Shown piece after piece: positions 33,642 through 43,818 of a stretch of DNA of 64,000 nucleotides. The notes under the pieces are model-generated. The model saw nothing but the letters and a program-made list of their open reading frames with translations. It ran no database searches and had not been told where the DNA came from. Position 1 is the first letter of the stretch. Every line of letters starts with the position of its first letter. Position numbers and translations under genes: made by a program. The stretch is from Brevundimonas sp. (GTDB lineage: Bacteria; Pseudomonadota; Alphaproteobacteria; Caulobacterales; Caulobacteraceae), in contig NZ_PNLV01000001.1 of assembly GCF_013823285.1 (NCBI RefSeq), positions 20,260-84,259 on the forward strand, written 5' to 3'.

Positions 33642-33899
33642 GTGACCCGCAACCTCACCCTCGCCATCGACGACGCCCTGCTCGACAAGGTGCGGGTGCT
33701 GGCCGCCATGAAGCGGACCAGCGTCAACGAGATGGTGCGCCAGTTCCTGACCCGGCTGGTCGAGGAGGAAACCGAGCATGACGAGGCGACCGAGGCCCTG
33801 CTGAAGCTGGCCCGCGAGAGCGAGGGCCGCATGGGCGACTGGCGGCCCTCCCGTGAAGAAACCTACAGCGGCGAGCCTCGTTTTGATCGCTGGCGCTGA
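33642..33899 (+). CDS. ribbon-helix-helix antitoxin (VapB/CopG-like)
   Basis: A GTG start at 33642 gives VTRNLTLAIDDALLDKVRVLAAMKRTSVNEMVRQFL, an RHH beta-strand plus helices. It overlaps the downstream PIN gene. Confidence 0.7.
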   Translation: MTRNLTLAIDDALLDKVRVLAAMKRTSVNEMVRQFLTRLVEEETEHDEATEALLKLARESEGRMGDWRPSREETYSGEPRFDRWR

Positions 33900-34308
33900 C
33901 GTTTTCCTCGACACCAACGTCCTGATCTACGCCGCGCTCGGTTCGGCCGACGAACCGGTCAAGTACGAGCGCGCGGTCGAACTGCTGACTCTGCGTTTCG
34001 GCACCTCGGCTCAGGTTCTGGCCGAGTTCTTCGTCAACGCCCAGCGCAAGGGGGCGCGCCCGCTGACCGCCGAAGAAGCCCAGGAATGGGTGTTTCGCCT
34101 GTCGAAGAAGCCGTTCCAGCCCGTCGACTACAAGGTGGTGCGCGGCGGCATCGAGAACGCCCGTCGCTACCGGATCTCCTACTGGGACGGCGCCATCATC
34201 GCCGCCGCCGAGCGGCTGGGCGCCCGCGTCGTCTATTCCGAAGACCTGAACCACGGCCAGACCTATGGCTCGGTCCGGGTCGAGAACCCTTTCCTTCCCA
34301 CCGCCTGA
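33853..34308 (+). CDS. PIN-domain ribonuclease toxin (VapC-like)
   Basis: [13 protein letters not shown]...AQVLAEFF...[23 protein letters not shown] gives PIN acidic residues in the expected order. The start is ambiguous: GTG 33853 (ORF track) or TTG 33883, which gives the usual short N-terminus. The stop lies 11 nt before sucD. Confidence 0.8.
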   Translation: MKKPTAASLVLIAGADVFLDTNVLIYAALGSADEPVKYERAVELLTLRFGTSAQVLAEFFVNAQRKGARPLTAEEAQEWVFRLSKKPFQPVDYKVVRGGIENARRYRISYWDGAIIAAAERLGARVVYSEDLNHGQTYGSVRVENPFLPTA

Positions 34309-34319
34309 AAGCAGTCCCC

Positions 34320-35222
<903 letters not shown>

Positions 35223-35246
35223 TCCCTTGCGAGACTCCACGCGACG

Positions 35247-35277
35247 ACGCCCCCGGCCGCAAACCGGGGGCGTTTTT
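35247..35277 (+). terminator. rho-independent terminator/attenuator between sucD and sucA
   Basis: Stem ACGCCCCCGG (35247-35256) / CCGGGGGCGT (35264-35273) followed by TTTTTG. Confidence 0.7.
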
Positions 35278-35430
35278 GTCCGGCAAATCGAAAAATATCC
35301 GCGTCTCGCCACCTTGCGGTCATGACCCGTAAGGAAACAGCGGTTATATGACCCCCGACGCCCCGCCCCATGCGCAGACGTGCGATCCGGGCCTTGAAGG
35401 GATGCGTCCGAAGGGACGAGAAGCGATAAG

Positions 35431-38400
35431 ATGGCGGACGATGCGGGTCGGCTGAACCAGGTCTTTGCCGAGACCTCCTTCCTTTACGGCGCCAACGCCG
35501 GGTTCATCGAGGAACTCCATGCGAAGTGGGCCGACAATCCCGCTTCGGTTTCGGGCGAATGGCGCGCCTTCTTCGATCAGCTGCGCGACCGCGCCGATCA
35601 GGTGAAGGAAGCTGCGGGCGCCGGGTCATGGGGCCGCAAGCCCGTGACCGAGCCCACCGACGAGCTGGGCGCCATGGACGGCCGCTGGCCCGCTCCGAAG
35701 CCCGATCCGAAAAGGCCCGCCGCAAAGGCCGCCTCCGCCGCCTCTGGGCCCGCAGCTTCGGTCACCGGCGACGAGATCCGCAACGCGGCCCACGACTCCA
35801 TCCGCGCCCTGATGCTGATCCGGGCCTACCGCATCCGCGGCCATCTTCAGGCCAATCTGGACCCGCTTGGCATCGAGCCGCCGATCCAGAACCCCGAGCT
35901 GACGCCCGAGTTCTGGGGCTTCACCGAAGCCGACATGGACCGGCCGATCTTCATCGCCAATGTGCTGGGGATGGAGAACGCCACCCTGCGCGAGATCATC
36001 GCCATCCTGCGCCGGACTTACTGCGGCAATCTCGGCATCCAGTACATGCACATCGCCGAGCCGGAGGAGAAGGCCTGGCTGCAGGAGCGCATCGAGGGCC
36101 GCGACAAGGAAGGCAATGATCGCGAGATCACCTTCACCGCCAACGGCAAGCGCGCCATCCTGTCCAAGCTGATCGAAGCCGAGACCTTCGAGCGCTTCCT
36201 GCACAAGCGCTTCCCCGGCACCAAGCGCTTCGGCCTGGACGGCGGCGAGGCCATGGTCCCGGCGCTGGAGCAGGTCATCAAGCGCGGCGGCGCCATGGGC
36301 GTCGACGAAATCGTTCTGGGCATGGCCCACCGGGGCCGCCTCAACGTGCTGGCCGCCGTCATGGGCAAGCCCTACGAGGTGATCTTCCACGAGTTCCAGG
36401 GCGGCAGCTCCATGCCATCCGACATCGAGGGCTCGGGCGACGTCAAATACCACATGGGCGCCTCGTCGGACCGCGAGTTCGACGGCAACACCGTGCACCT
36501 GTCGCTGACCGCCAACCCGTCGCACCTTGAGATCGTCAATCCGGTGGTGCTGGGCAAGGCGCGCGCCAAGCAGGCCCACGACATCCGCGAGGCCAACGCC
36601 GGCAAGGCCGAGGCCGAATGGGCGCTGGACCGCTCCAAGGTGCTGCCCCTGCTGATCCACGGCGACGCGGCCTTCGCCGGCCAGGGCGTGGTGGCCGAGT
36701 GCTTCGCCCTCATGGGCCTGAAGGGCTACCGCACCGGCGGCACCATCCACTTCATCATCAACAACCAGATCGGCTTCACCACCAGCCCGCGGAACAGCCG
36801 CTCCTCGCCCTATCCGTCGGACGTGGCCCTGATGGTCCAGGCGCCGATCTTCCACGTCAACGGGGACGACCCCGAGGCCGTGGTCTTCGCCGCCAAGGTG
36901 GCGGCCGAGTTCCGCCAGATCTTCAAGAAGGACGTGGTGGTGGACATGTTCTGCTACCGCCGCTTCGGCCACAATGAAGGCGACGACCCCACCTTCACCC
37001 AGCCGCTGATGTATTCAAAGATCAGGGCCCAACCGTCGACGCGCGAAATCTACGCCCAGCGCCTGATCGACGAGGGCGTGCTGACGCAGGAAGACGTGGA
37101 CGCCGAGATCGAGGCCTTCGAAAAGTTCCTCGACGAGCAGTTCGAGGCCGGCAAGACCTACAAGGCCTCCAAGGCCGATTGGCTGGACGGCCAGTGGAAG
37201 GGCCTGGGCCTGCCCGAGGGCGACGAGCGGCGCGGCGAAACCGGCATCCCCGCTGAGAAACTGCGCGAGTACGGCCACCGCCTGACCACCGTCCCCAACC
37301 ATGTGGACATCCACAAGACGCTGAAGCGCGTCATGGACGGCCGCCGCCAGATGATCGAGTCGGGCGAGAACATCGACTGGTCCACGGCCGAGAGCCTGGC
37401 CTTCGCCGGTTTGTTGGACGAGGGCTTCCCGGTGCGCCTGTCGGGCCAGGATTCCGTGCGCGGCACCTTCAGCCAGCGCCACTCGGGCGTCATCGACCAG
37501 ACCACCGAGGACCGCTACGTCCCCCTCAACAACCTGCGCGATGGCCAGGCCCAGTTCGAGGTCATCGACTCGGCCCTGTCCGAGGAAGCGGTGCTGGGCT
37601 TCGAATACGGCTACGCCCTGTCCGACCCCAACACCCTGGTCCTGTGGGAAGCCCAGTTCGGCGACTTCGTGAACGGCGCCCAGGTGGTGATCGACCAGTT
37701 CATCACCTCGGGCGAGCGCAAATGGCTGCGCATGTGCGGCCTGACCATGCTGCTGCCCCACGGCTACGAAGGGCAGGGGCCTGAGCACTCCTCCGCCCGT
37801 CTGGAGCGGTTCCTGCAGGCCTGCGCCGAGGACAACATCCAGGTGGCCAACTGCACCACCCCGGCCAACTATTTCCACATCCTGCGCCGCCAGATGCACC
37901 GGCCGTTCCGCAAGCCGCTGATCATCATGACGCCCAAGTCGCTGCTGCGTCACAAGAAGGCGGTCTCGCCCCTGCACGAACTGGCGGAGGGCTCGACCTT
38001 CCACCGGGTACTGCACGACGACGCCCAGACCCGGCCCGAGGTGGCGGGGGTCAAGCTGAAGGCCGACAAGGACATCCGCCGCGTGGTGCTGTGCTCGGGC
38101 AAGGTCTACTACGACCTTCTGGAGGCTCGCGAGACGGCGGCGAAGGACGGCAAGGGCGTCGACGACATCTATCTGATGCGCCTGGAGCAGTTCTATCCCT
38201 GGCCCATGAAGTCGCTGATGACGGAATTGGCCCGCTTCCCGGGCGCCGAATTGGTGTGGTGTCAGGAAGAGCCCAAGAACATGGGCGGCTGGACTTTCGT
38301 CGATCCGTGGCTGGAGCTGACTCTCGACAAGCTGGACATCAAGGCGAAGCGCGCCCGATATGTGGGCCGTCCCGCCTCGGCCTCGACCGCCGCCGGCCTG

Positions 38401-38454
38401 ATGAGCCGACACCTCAAGGAGCTGGAGACCTTCCTCTCCGAAGCCCTCGCCTGA
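35431..38454 (+). CDS. sucA: 2-oxoglutarate dehydrogenase E1 component
   Basis: 1007 aa, N-terminal FLYGANAGFIEELHAKW. ThDP-dependent E1o motifs (GMAHRGRLNVL, HGDAAFAGQG, LLPHGYEGQGPEHSS). Confidence 0.97.
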   Translation: MADDAGRLNQVFAETSFLYGANAGFIEELHAKWADNPASVSGEWRAFFDQLRDRADQVKEAAGAGSWGRKPVTEPTDELGAMDGRWPAPKPDPKRPAAKAASAASGPAASVTGDEIRNAAHDSIRALMLIRAYRIRGHLQANLDPLGIEPPIQNPELTPEFWGFTEADMDRPIFIANVLGMENATLREIIAILRRTYCGNLGIQYMHIAEPEEKAWLQERIEGRDKEGNDREITFTANGKRAILSKLIEAETFERFLHKRFPGTKRFGLDGGEAMVPALEQVIKRGGAMGVDEIVLGMAHRGRLNVLAAVMGKPYEVIFHEFQGGSSMPSDIEGSGDVKYHMGASSDREFDGNTVHLSLTANPSHLEIVNPVVLGKARAKQAHDIREANAGKAEAEWALDRSKVLPLLIHGDAAFAGQGVVAECFALMGLKGYRTGGTIHFIINNQIGFTTSPRNSRSSPYPSDVALMVQAPIFHVNGDDPEAVVFAAKVAAEFRQIFKKDVVVDMFCYRRFGHNEGDDPTFTQPLMYSKIRAQPSTREIYAQRLIDEGVLTQEDVDAEIEAFEKFLDEQFEAGKTYKASKADWLDGQWKGLGLPEGDERRGETGIPAEKLREYGHRLTTVPNHVDIHKTLKRVMDGRRQMIESGENIDWSTAESLAFAGLLDEGFPVRLSGQDSVRGTFSQRHSGVIDQTTEDRYVPLNNLRDGQAQFEVIDSALSEEAVLGFEYGYALSDPNTLVLWEAQFGDFVNGAQVVIDQFITSGERKWLRMCGLTMLLPHGYEGQGPEHSSARLERFLQACAEDNIQVANCTTPANYFHILRRQMHRPFRKPLIIMTPKSLLRHKKAVSPLHELAEGSTFHRVLHDDAQTRPEVAGVKLKADKDIRRVVLCSGKVYYDLLEARETAAKDGKGVDDIYLMRLEQFYPWPMKSLMTELARFPGAELVWCQEEPKNMGGWTFVDPWLELTLDKLDIKAKRARYVGRPASASTAAGLMSRHLKELETFLSEALA

Positions 38455-38501
38455 ACCGCCCGACCCACTTCGCCTGATCACGAAAGATACTGGACCTTCC
38501 C

Positions 38502-40025
38502 ATGGCCGACATCCTCACCCCCACCCTCGGCGAATCCGTTTCGGAGGCGACCGTCGCCAAGTGGACAAAGAAGGCCGGCGATGCGGTGAAGAAGGACGAA
38601 CTGCTGGTGGAGCTGGAGACCGACAAGGTCTCGCTGGAGGTCGTGGCCCCCGCCGACGGCGTGCTGGCCGAAATCACCGCCGGTGAAGGCGACACGGTCA
38701 CCGCCGGCGCCGTGCTGGGCAAGGTGACCGAGGGCGGCGCGGCCGCCCCCGCAAAGGACGCGCCCAGGGCCGAGAAGGCTGAAGCCAAACCCGAAGCCAA
38801 ACCCGCCAAAGCCGCAGGCAAGGCCGAGACCATCGACCTGACCACCCCCACCATGGGCGAGAGCGTGGCCGAGGGCACCATGGGCGCCTGGTCCAAGAAG
38901 GCCGGCGACGCGGTGAAGAAGGACGAGGTCCTGGTCGAGATCGAGACCGACAAGGTGGCCGTCGAGGTCTCCTCGCCCGCCGACGGCGTGCTGGCCGAGA
39001 TCACCGCCGAACAGGGCGCCACCGTCACCCCCGGCCAGGTGATCGGCAAGGTGGCCGCCGGCGAAGGCGCCGCCGCCTCCGCCCCGTCCTCGCCCGCCGC
39101 CAACGCCGGCAGCGCCCAGGTCGCTGACAAGGCCGACGCACCTCACCTGTCGCCCTCGGTGCAGCGCATCGTGGCCGAGAAGAACCTGGACCCCAAGGCC
39201 ATCGAAGGCTCGGGCAAGGACGGCCGCATCCTCAAGGGCGACGCCCTGGCCGCCGCAGACGCCCCGAAAGCCGCGCCTGCTGCCGCTCCGGCCCCCGCCG
39301 CCCCGTCAGCGCCCCGCGCCACGGGCCCGCGCGAGGAGCGGGTGAAGATGACGCGCCTGCGTCAGACCATCGCCCGGCGCCTGAAGGAATCCCAGAACAC
39401 CGCCGCCCAGCTGACCACCTTCAACGAGGTGGACATGTCGGCGGTCATGGCCCTGCGCAGCGCCTACAAGGACAGCTTCGAGAAGCGTCACGGCGTCAAG
39501 CTCGGCTTCATGAGCCTGTTCGTGAAGGCGGTCGTCGCCTCCCTGAAGGAGATCCCGGCGGTCAACGCCGAGATCGACGGCACGGACATCATCTACAAGA
39601 ACCACTATGACATCGGCGTGGCCGTGGGCACCGAAAAGGGTCTGGTGGTGCCGGTGCTGCGCGACGCCGACCATCTGTCCCTGGCCGAGGTCGAGAAGGG
39701 CATCGCCGCCCTGGGCAAGGCCGCCCGCGACGGCGACCTGACCCTGGACCAGCTGCAGGGCGGCACCTTCACCATCACCAACGGCGGCATCTACGGCTCG
39801 CTGATGTCGACGCCGATCCTGAACATGCCCCAGTCCGGCATTCTGGGCATGCACAACATCGTCCAGCGCCCGGTGGCGGTGAACGGCGAGGTGAAGATCC
39901 GCCCGATGATGTACCTGGCCCTCAGCTACGATCACCGCATCGTGGACGGCAAGGAAGCCGTGACCTTCCTCGTCCGCATCAAGGAAAACCTCGAGGATCC
40001 CCAGCGCTTCCTGCTGGACCTCTGA
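38502..40025 (+). CDS. sucB: dihydrolipoyllysine-residue succinyltransferase (E2o) with two tandem lipoyl domains
   Basis: Two lipoyl domains ([11 protein letters not shown] and [11 protein letters not shown]), a PSBD ([14 protein letters not shown]) and a catalytic domain with SYDHRIVDG. Confidence 0.95.
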   Translation: MADILTPTLGESVSEATVAKWTKKAGDAVKKDELLVELETDKVSLEVVAPADGVLAEITAGEGDTVTAGAVLGKVTEGGAAAPAKDAPRAEKAEAKPEAKPAKAAGKAETIDLTTPTMGESVAEGTMGAWSKKAGDAVKKDEVLVEIETDKVAVEVSSPADGVLAEITAEQGATVTPGQVIGKVAAGEGAAASAPSSPAANAGSAQVADKADAPHLSPSVQRIVAEKNLDPKAIEGSGKDGRILKGDALAAADAPKAAPAAAPAPAAPSAPRATGPREERVKMTRLRQTIARRLKESQNTAAQLTTFNEVDMSAVMALRSAYKDSFEKRHGVKLGFMSLFVKAVVASLKEIPAVNAEIDGTDIIYKNHYDIGVAVGTEKGLVVPVLRDADHLSLAEVEKGIAALGKAARDGDLTLDQLQGGTFTITNGGIYGSLMSTPILNMPQSGILGMHNIVQRPVAVNGEVKIRPMMYLALSYDHRIVDGKEAVTFLVRIKENLEDPQRFLLDL

Positions 40026-40084
40026 TCCCGACAGATTCCGTCAGTCGCCGGGCTGAGCCCGCCCGCCTAGCGTCGCCCCATGCA

Positions 40085-40480
40085 GTGGGCGGTGTGGATG
40101 CTGGGAGCGGTCTATGGGCTGGCCGGTTTGGCCTGCTGGCGACGCGCGCGCATGAACGCCTTCATGGATCGCGCCCTGGCGGGCATCACCCCAAGCCCGT
40201 TCCGCGGATCGAGCGCGTGGTGGGCGCCTGGCTGCATCTGGACGCCCTGATGCTCGCCGGCGCCGGCTTGGGCCTGGCCCTGTCCAGCCGCTGGGGCGCG
40301 CTGGTCGCCGTCATCGCCGTGGTGGAGCAGGGCGTCTTCGTCCTGTGGTCCGAGCGGTTCTATCCGGCCAGCCATCCGGAGGATGCGCGGAACCGCGACA
40401 GGGCCATCATCGTGGTGGGCTTCTACGCCGCACTCGCCGTTCTGGCCGTGGGCCTGTGGTGGATGGGCGTGTTATCCTGA
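40085..40480 (+). CDS. hypothetical membrane protein (start or frame uncertain)
   Basis: Only the C-terminal ~90 aa look like coding sequence (TM helices LMLAGAGLGLAL..., IIVVGFYAALAVLAVGLWW). An upstream 55-codon ORF in another frame (ATG 40080) also starts with a TM helix, so a frameshift is possible. Confidence 0.35.
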   Translation: MGGVDAGSGLWAGRFGLLATRAHERLHGSRPGGHHPKPVPRIERVVGAWLHLDALMLAGAGLGLALSSRWGALVAVIAVVEQGVFVLWSERFYPASHPEDARNRDRAIIVVGFYAALAVLAVGLWWMGVLS

Positions 40481-40484
40481 GTCC

Positions 40485-40919
40485 ATGTCCATCGAGGTCG
40501 GCCGTTTTCATGATCTGCACGAGGCCGAGTTGGCCGCGGGCCTCCTTCGTTCGGCCGGCATCCGGGCCGAGGTGGCGGATCATCACCTGATCGGCATGGA
40601 TCCGCTCATGCAGCGGGCCGTGGGCGGTCTTCGCGTCATGGCGCCTGACGACGAGGCCGCCGACGCCCGCGCCATCCTGGTCAGGGTTCAGTCCGGAGAG
40701 TTTACCTCGGCGGAGCCCGACGACCTTCCGGCCGCCGGGGACGTTCCGGCGCGGGATCTGGGGCTGACGCTGGGGGTGCTCGCCGCGCCCTGGGCGGCGG
40801 CGGGCATGACGGGCGCCCGGCGCAGCGTCTCGGTGCGGCGCCGTTACGCGCCTCTGGCTATCGTGCTGCTGGTCGCCCTGCTTGTGGCCCTGCCGCTGGT
40901 GCTGCGAATCCTGGCCTGA
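40485..40919 (+). CDS. DUF2007-like (putative signal-transducing) protein with C-terminal TM
   Basis: MSIEVGRFHDLHEAELAAGLLRSAGIRAEV...LRVMAPDDEAADARAIL matches the DUF2007 pattern. The C-terminus has a hydrophobic helix. Confidence 0.7.
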   Translation: MSIEVGRFHDLHEAELAAGLLRSAGIRAEVADHHLIGMDPLMQRAVGGLRVMAPDDEAADARAILVRVQSGEFTSAEPDDLPAAGDVPARDLGLTLGVLAAPWAAAGMTGARRSVSVRRRYAPLAIVLLVALLVALPLVLRILA

Positions 40920-40965
40920 CACCCCTTCGCCAACCGTTCGCCGTGATCGGGCGTTAGGAACGGTC

Positions 40966-41868
40966 ATGGCCCGTCTCATCCTGACCCTTCTGATCCTGGT
41001 TTTCGCCACCCCCGCCACCGCCCAGACGTTCCAGTCCGAGCGCATCGCCGTGACCGCGCGGGGCGCCGGTCCGGACGTGATCCTGATCCCCGGCCTGGCC
41101 TCCACCCCCGCCGTCTGGGACGACACCGCGCAGGCGCTGCAGAACCGCTACCGGGTGCATGTGGTGGCGGTGAACGGTTTCGGCGACACCGCGCCGGGCG
41201 CCAATGCCCGCGGCCCCCTGACCGCAGCCATCGCCAATGAGGTGCGCCGCTACATGGCCGAGGAGGGGCTGGAGCGCCCCGCCGTCATCGGCCACTCCAT
41301 GGGCGGCCAGATCGCCCTGAAGATGGCCGCCGACGCACCTGGCCGCATCGGGCGGGTCATGGTGGTGGATTCCTCGCCCTTCTTTCCCTCCCTGATCAAC
41401 GCCCGGGCCACCACCGCCGACGTGGCGCCCATCGCCGAGGTGGCGCGTACGGCTGTCCTGTTCCTGGGCGATCAGGTTCTGCGGCAACAGGCGGGCGCGG
41501 CGGGCCAGCGGCTGGGCGGGGCGACCGACGCGGTGGTGAACGCCATGGGCTGGCAGGGCGGCGACCGGCGCGTGTTGGCCCAGGGCATCTATGAGGTCAT
41601 GACCACCGACCTGCGCGGCGACCTGGCCCGCGTCATCGCCCCGGTCACTGTGGTGTATGGCTGGAGCGAGGCGACCGACAGTCCGCGCCATCAGGTGGAT
41701 CAGGGCTTTCGTCAGGGCTTCCTGCGTCTGCGGCGGGCCGCCCGTTTCGTGCGCATTGAAGGCGCCCAGCACATGGTCATGATCGATCGCCCCCGACAGT
41801 TCATGGCGGCGGTGGAGGGGTTCCTGGATCAGTTCCCGGCCAGCACGTCCAGCACCGCCCGCCCGTAG
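40966..41868 (+). CDS. alpha/beta hydrolase, exported (paralogue of 21350..22276)
   Basis: Signal MARLILTLLILVFATPATAQ, then GPDVILIPGLAST, GHSMGG and MTTDLRGDL, collinear with the other copy. AGGAA RBS. Confidence 0.85.
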   Translation: MARLILTLLILVFATPATAQTFQSERIAVTARGAGPDVILIPGLASTPAVWDDTAQALQNRYRVHVVAVNGFGDTAPGANARGPLTAAIANEVRRYMAEEGLERPAVIGHSMGGQIALKMAADAPGRIGRVMVVDSSPFFPSLINARATTADVAPIAEVARTAVLFLGDQVLRQQAGAAGQRLGGATDAVVNAMGWQGGDRRVLAQGIYEVMTTDLRGDLARVIAPVTVVYGWSEATDSPRHQVDQGFRQGFLRLRRAARFVRIEGAQHMVMIDRPRQFMAAVEGFLDQFPASTSSTARP

Positions 41869-43721
41869 CGGTCCAGCTTGCCCTGCCCCACGCCTGACAC
41901 CCGCGACAGGGCGTCCAGCGAGCCGGGCTCGGTCATGGCGATCTCCAGCAGGGTGCGGTCCTGGAAAATCACATAGGGCGGCACGTGCTGTTCCGCGGCC
42001 CGGTCGCGACGCCAGGCGCGCAGCATTTCGAACCGCTCGCGCACGTCGGCCGGCAGGGTCTCCAGCACCGCCGTGCGGCTCTGACGACCGCCTCCCGCAC
42101 CCCTCTGGCGCGGATTGCCCGAACGGGTGGTGGGATCGTGTCGCATGGGGACGCGGGCCACCTCCACCGTGCGCTCGCCGCGATAGACCGCCCGCACCGC
42201 CTCGGGATCGCCCAGCCGCAGCAACGGCTTGCCCTCGTTGGGTTCTTCCTCCAGCAGGCCCTCGAACAGCAGATGGTCGATCACCTCGCGCCAGCCGTTC
42301 GGCGAGATGTCGGCCCCGACGCTCCAGGTGGACAGGGCGGTCTCCCAGCCCTGCACGTCCTTGGTGCGGCCGGTCAGATGGTCGATCACCCGGCCCCGGC
42401 CGAAGCGCTGGTCCAGCCGCTGGACCGCCGCCAGCGCCTTCTGCGCCTGAACGGTGGCGTCATGGGTCTGGGGCGGATCGAGACAGACGTCGCAATGGCC
42501 GCAGGGCTTCGCGTCGGTCTCGCCGAAATAGCGGCGTACCGCCTGGGGCCGGCAGGCGGCGCCGTCCAGCATGGCGAACAGCTGGCGCACCTTGCGCACC
42601 TGAACCTGCTTGACCGTCTCGTCCATGGGCCGGCCGTCGAGGCGGCGCAGGGCCCAGGCGATGTCGGAGGGGCCGTACAGGGTCACGCCCTCGGCGGGTT
42701 CACCGTCGCGGCCCGCCCGGCCGATCTCCTGCCAGTAGGCCTCGAGGCTGCCGGGAGGATCAGCATGGATGACGAAGCGCACGTCCGGCTTGTCCACCCC
42801 CATGCCGAAGGCGATGGTGGCCACCATCACCGCCCCGTCCTCGGCCAGGAACCGCTCCAGCCGCTTGTCGCGCTCGGCCGGGGCCATGCCCGCGTGATAG
42901 GCGATGGCGTGCACGCCGGTCTGTTTCAGCTGGTCCGCCAGCCGCTCGCAGCCGTCGCGCGAGCCGCAATAGACCACCCCCGACTTCCCGCCCCGCTCGC
43001 CCACCAGCTCCACCACCCGGGCATCGGTGCGGGCGCGCGAGCCGTTGATCTTGCGCTCGGCGGTCAGCTGCAGGTTCGGCCGGTCGAAACTGTCCACAAA
43101 GACGGCGGCGTCCGACAGGCGCAGGGAGGCCAGGATGTCGTCGCGGGTCCGCGCATCGGCGGTGGCGGTGACGGCGATGCGGGGCACGCCGGGGAACATC
43201 CCGGCCAGCCGCCCCAGATCCCGGTAGTCGGGGCGGAAGTCATGGCCCCACTGGGACACGCAGTGCGCCTCGTCGATGGCGATCAGGGCCAGCGGCAGGC
43301 TGGCCAGCCGGTCGATCATGTGGGGCTGGGCCAGACCTTCGGGCGACACATAGAGCAGGTCCAGCTCGCCGGCCCGCGCCGCATCCCAGATGGCCGAACG
43401 GTCCGCCAGCGACACGCCGGAATCCAGCCGCGCGGCGCGCACCCCCTGCTGCTTCAGCGCCTCCACCTGATCGGTCATCAGGGCGATCAGGGGCGAGACC
43501 ACAAGGCCCAGCCCGGGGCGCAGCATGGCGGGGATCTGATAGCAGACGCTCTTGCCGCCGCCGGTGGGCAGCACCGCCAGCACGTCGCGCCCGGCCAGAA
43601 CCTGCTCCACAACCGACGCCTGCAGCCCGCGAAAATCCGCGTGGCCCCAGACCCGCTCCAGCGTCTCGCGGGCGCGCGTCATGTCGGGCGCGGCGGCGGG
43701 CAGGGGCGATTCGGCGAGCAT
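41829..43721 (-). CDS. recQ: ATP-dependent DNA helicase RecQ
   Basis: FRGLQASVVEQVL, PTGGGKSVCYQIPA, DEAHCVSQWGHDFRPDY, Zn-binding CGHCDVC and a C-terminal HRDC domain. The start is 43721 or 43682. Confidence 0.93.
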   Translation of the reverse strand: MLAESPLPAAAPDMTRARETLERVWGHADFRGLQASVVEQVLAGRDVLAVLPTGGGKSVCYQIPAMLRPGLGLVVSPLIALMTDQVEALKQQGVRAARLDSGVSLADRSAIWDAARAGELDLLYVSPEGLAQPHMIDRLASLPLALIAIDEAHCVSQWGHDFRPDYRDLGRLAGMFPGVPRIAVTATADARTRDDILASLRLSDAAVFVDSFDRPNLQLTAERKINGSRARTDARVVELVGERGGKSGVVYCGSRDGCERLADQLKQTGVHAIAYHAGMAPAERDKRLERFLAEDGAVMVATIAFGMGVDKPDVRFVIHADPPGSLEAYWQEIGRAGRDGEPAEGVTLYGPSDIAWALRRLDGRPMDETVKQVQVRKVRQLFAMLDGAACRPQAVRRYFGETDAKPCGHCDVCLDPPQTHDATVQAQKALAAVQRLDQRFGRGRVIDHLTGRTKDVQGWETALSTWSVGADISPNGWREVIDHLLFEGLLEEEPNEGKPLLRLGDPEAVRAVYRGERTVEVARVPMRHDPTTRSGNPRQRGAGGGRQSRTAVLETLPADVRERFEMLRAWRRDRAAEQHVPPYVIFQDRTLLEIAMTEPGSLDALSRVSGVGQGKLDRYGRAVLDVLAGN

Positions 43722-43818
43722 GGAGCGCTTGTGCCCGATGCGGACTGGGGTGTCACGGCGGCGGGATGGATCATCCCCATCGCTTCGCAGGCGGCGACGG
43801 AGCGGCTATAGCGCCGCC

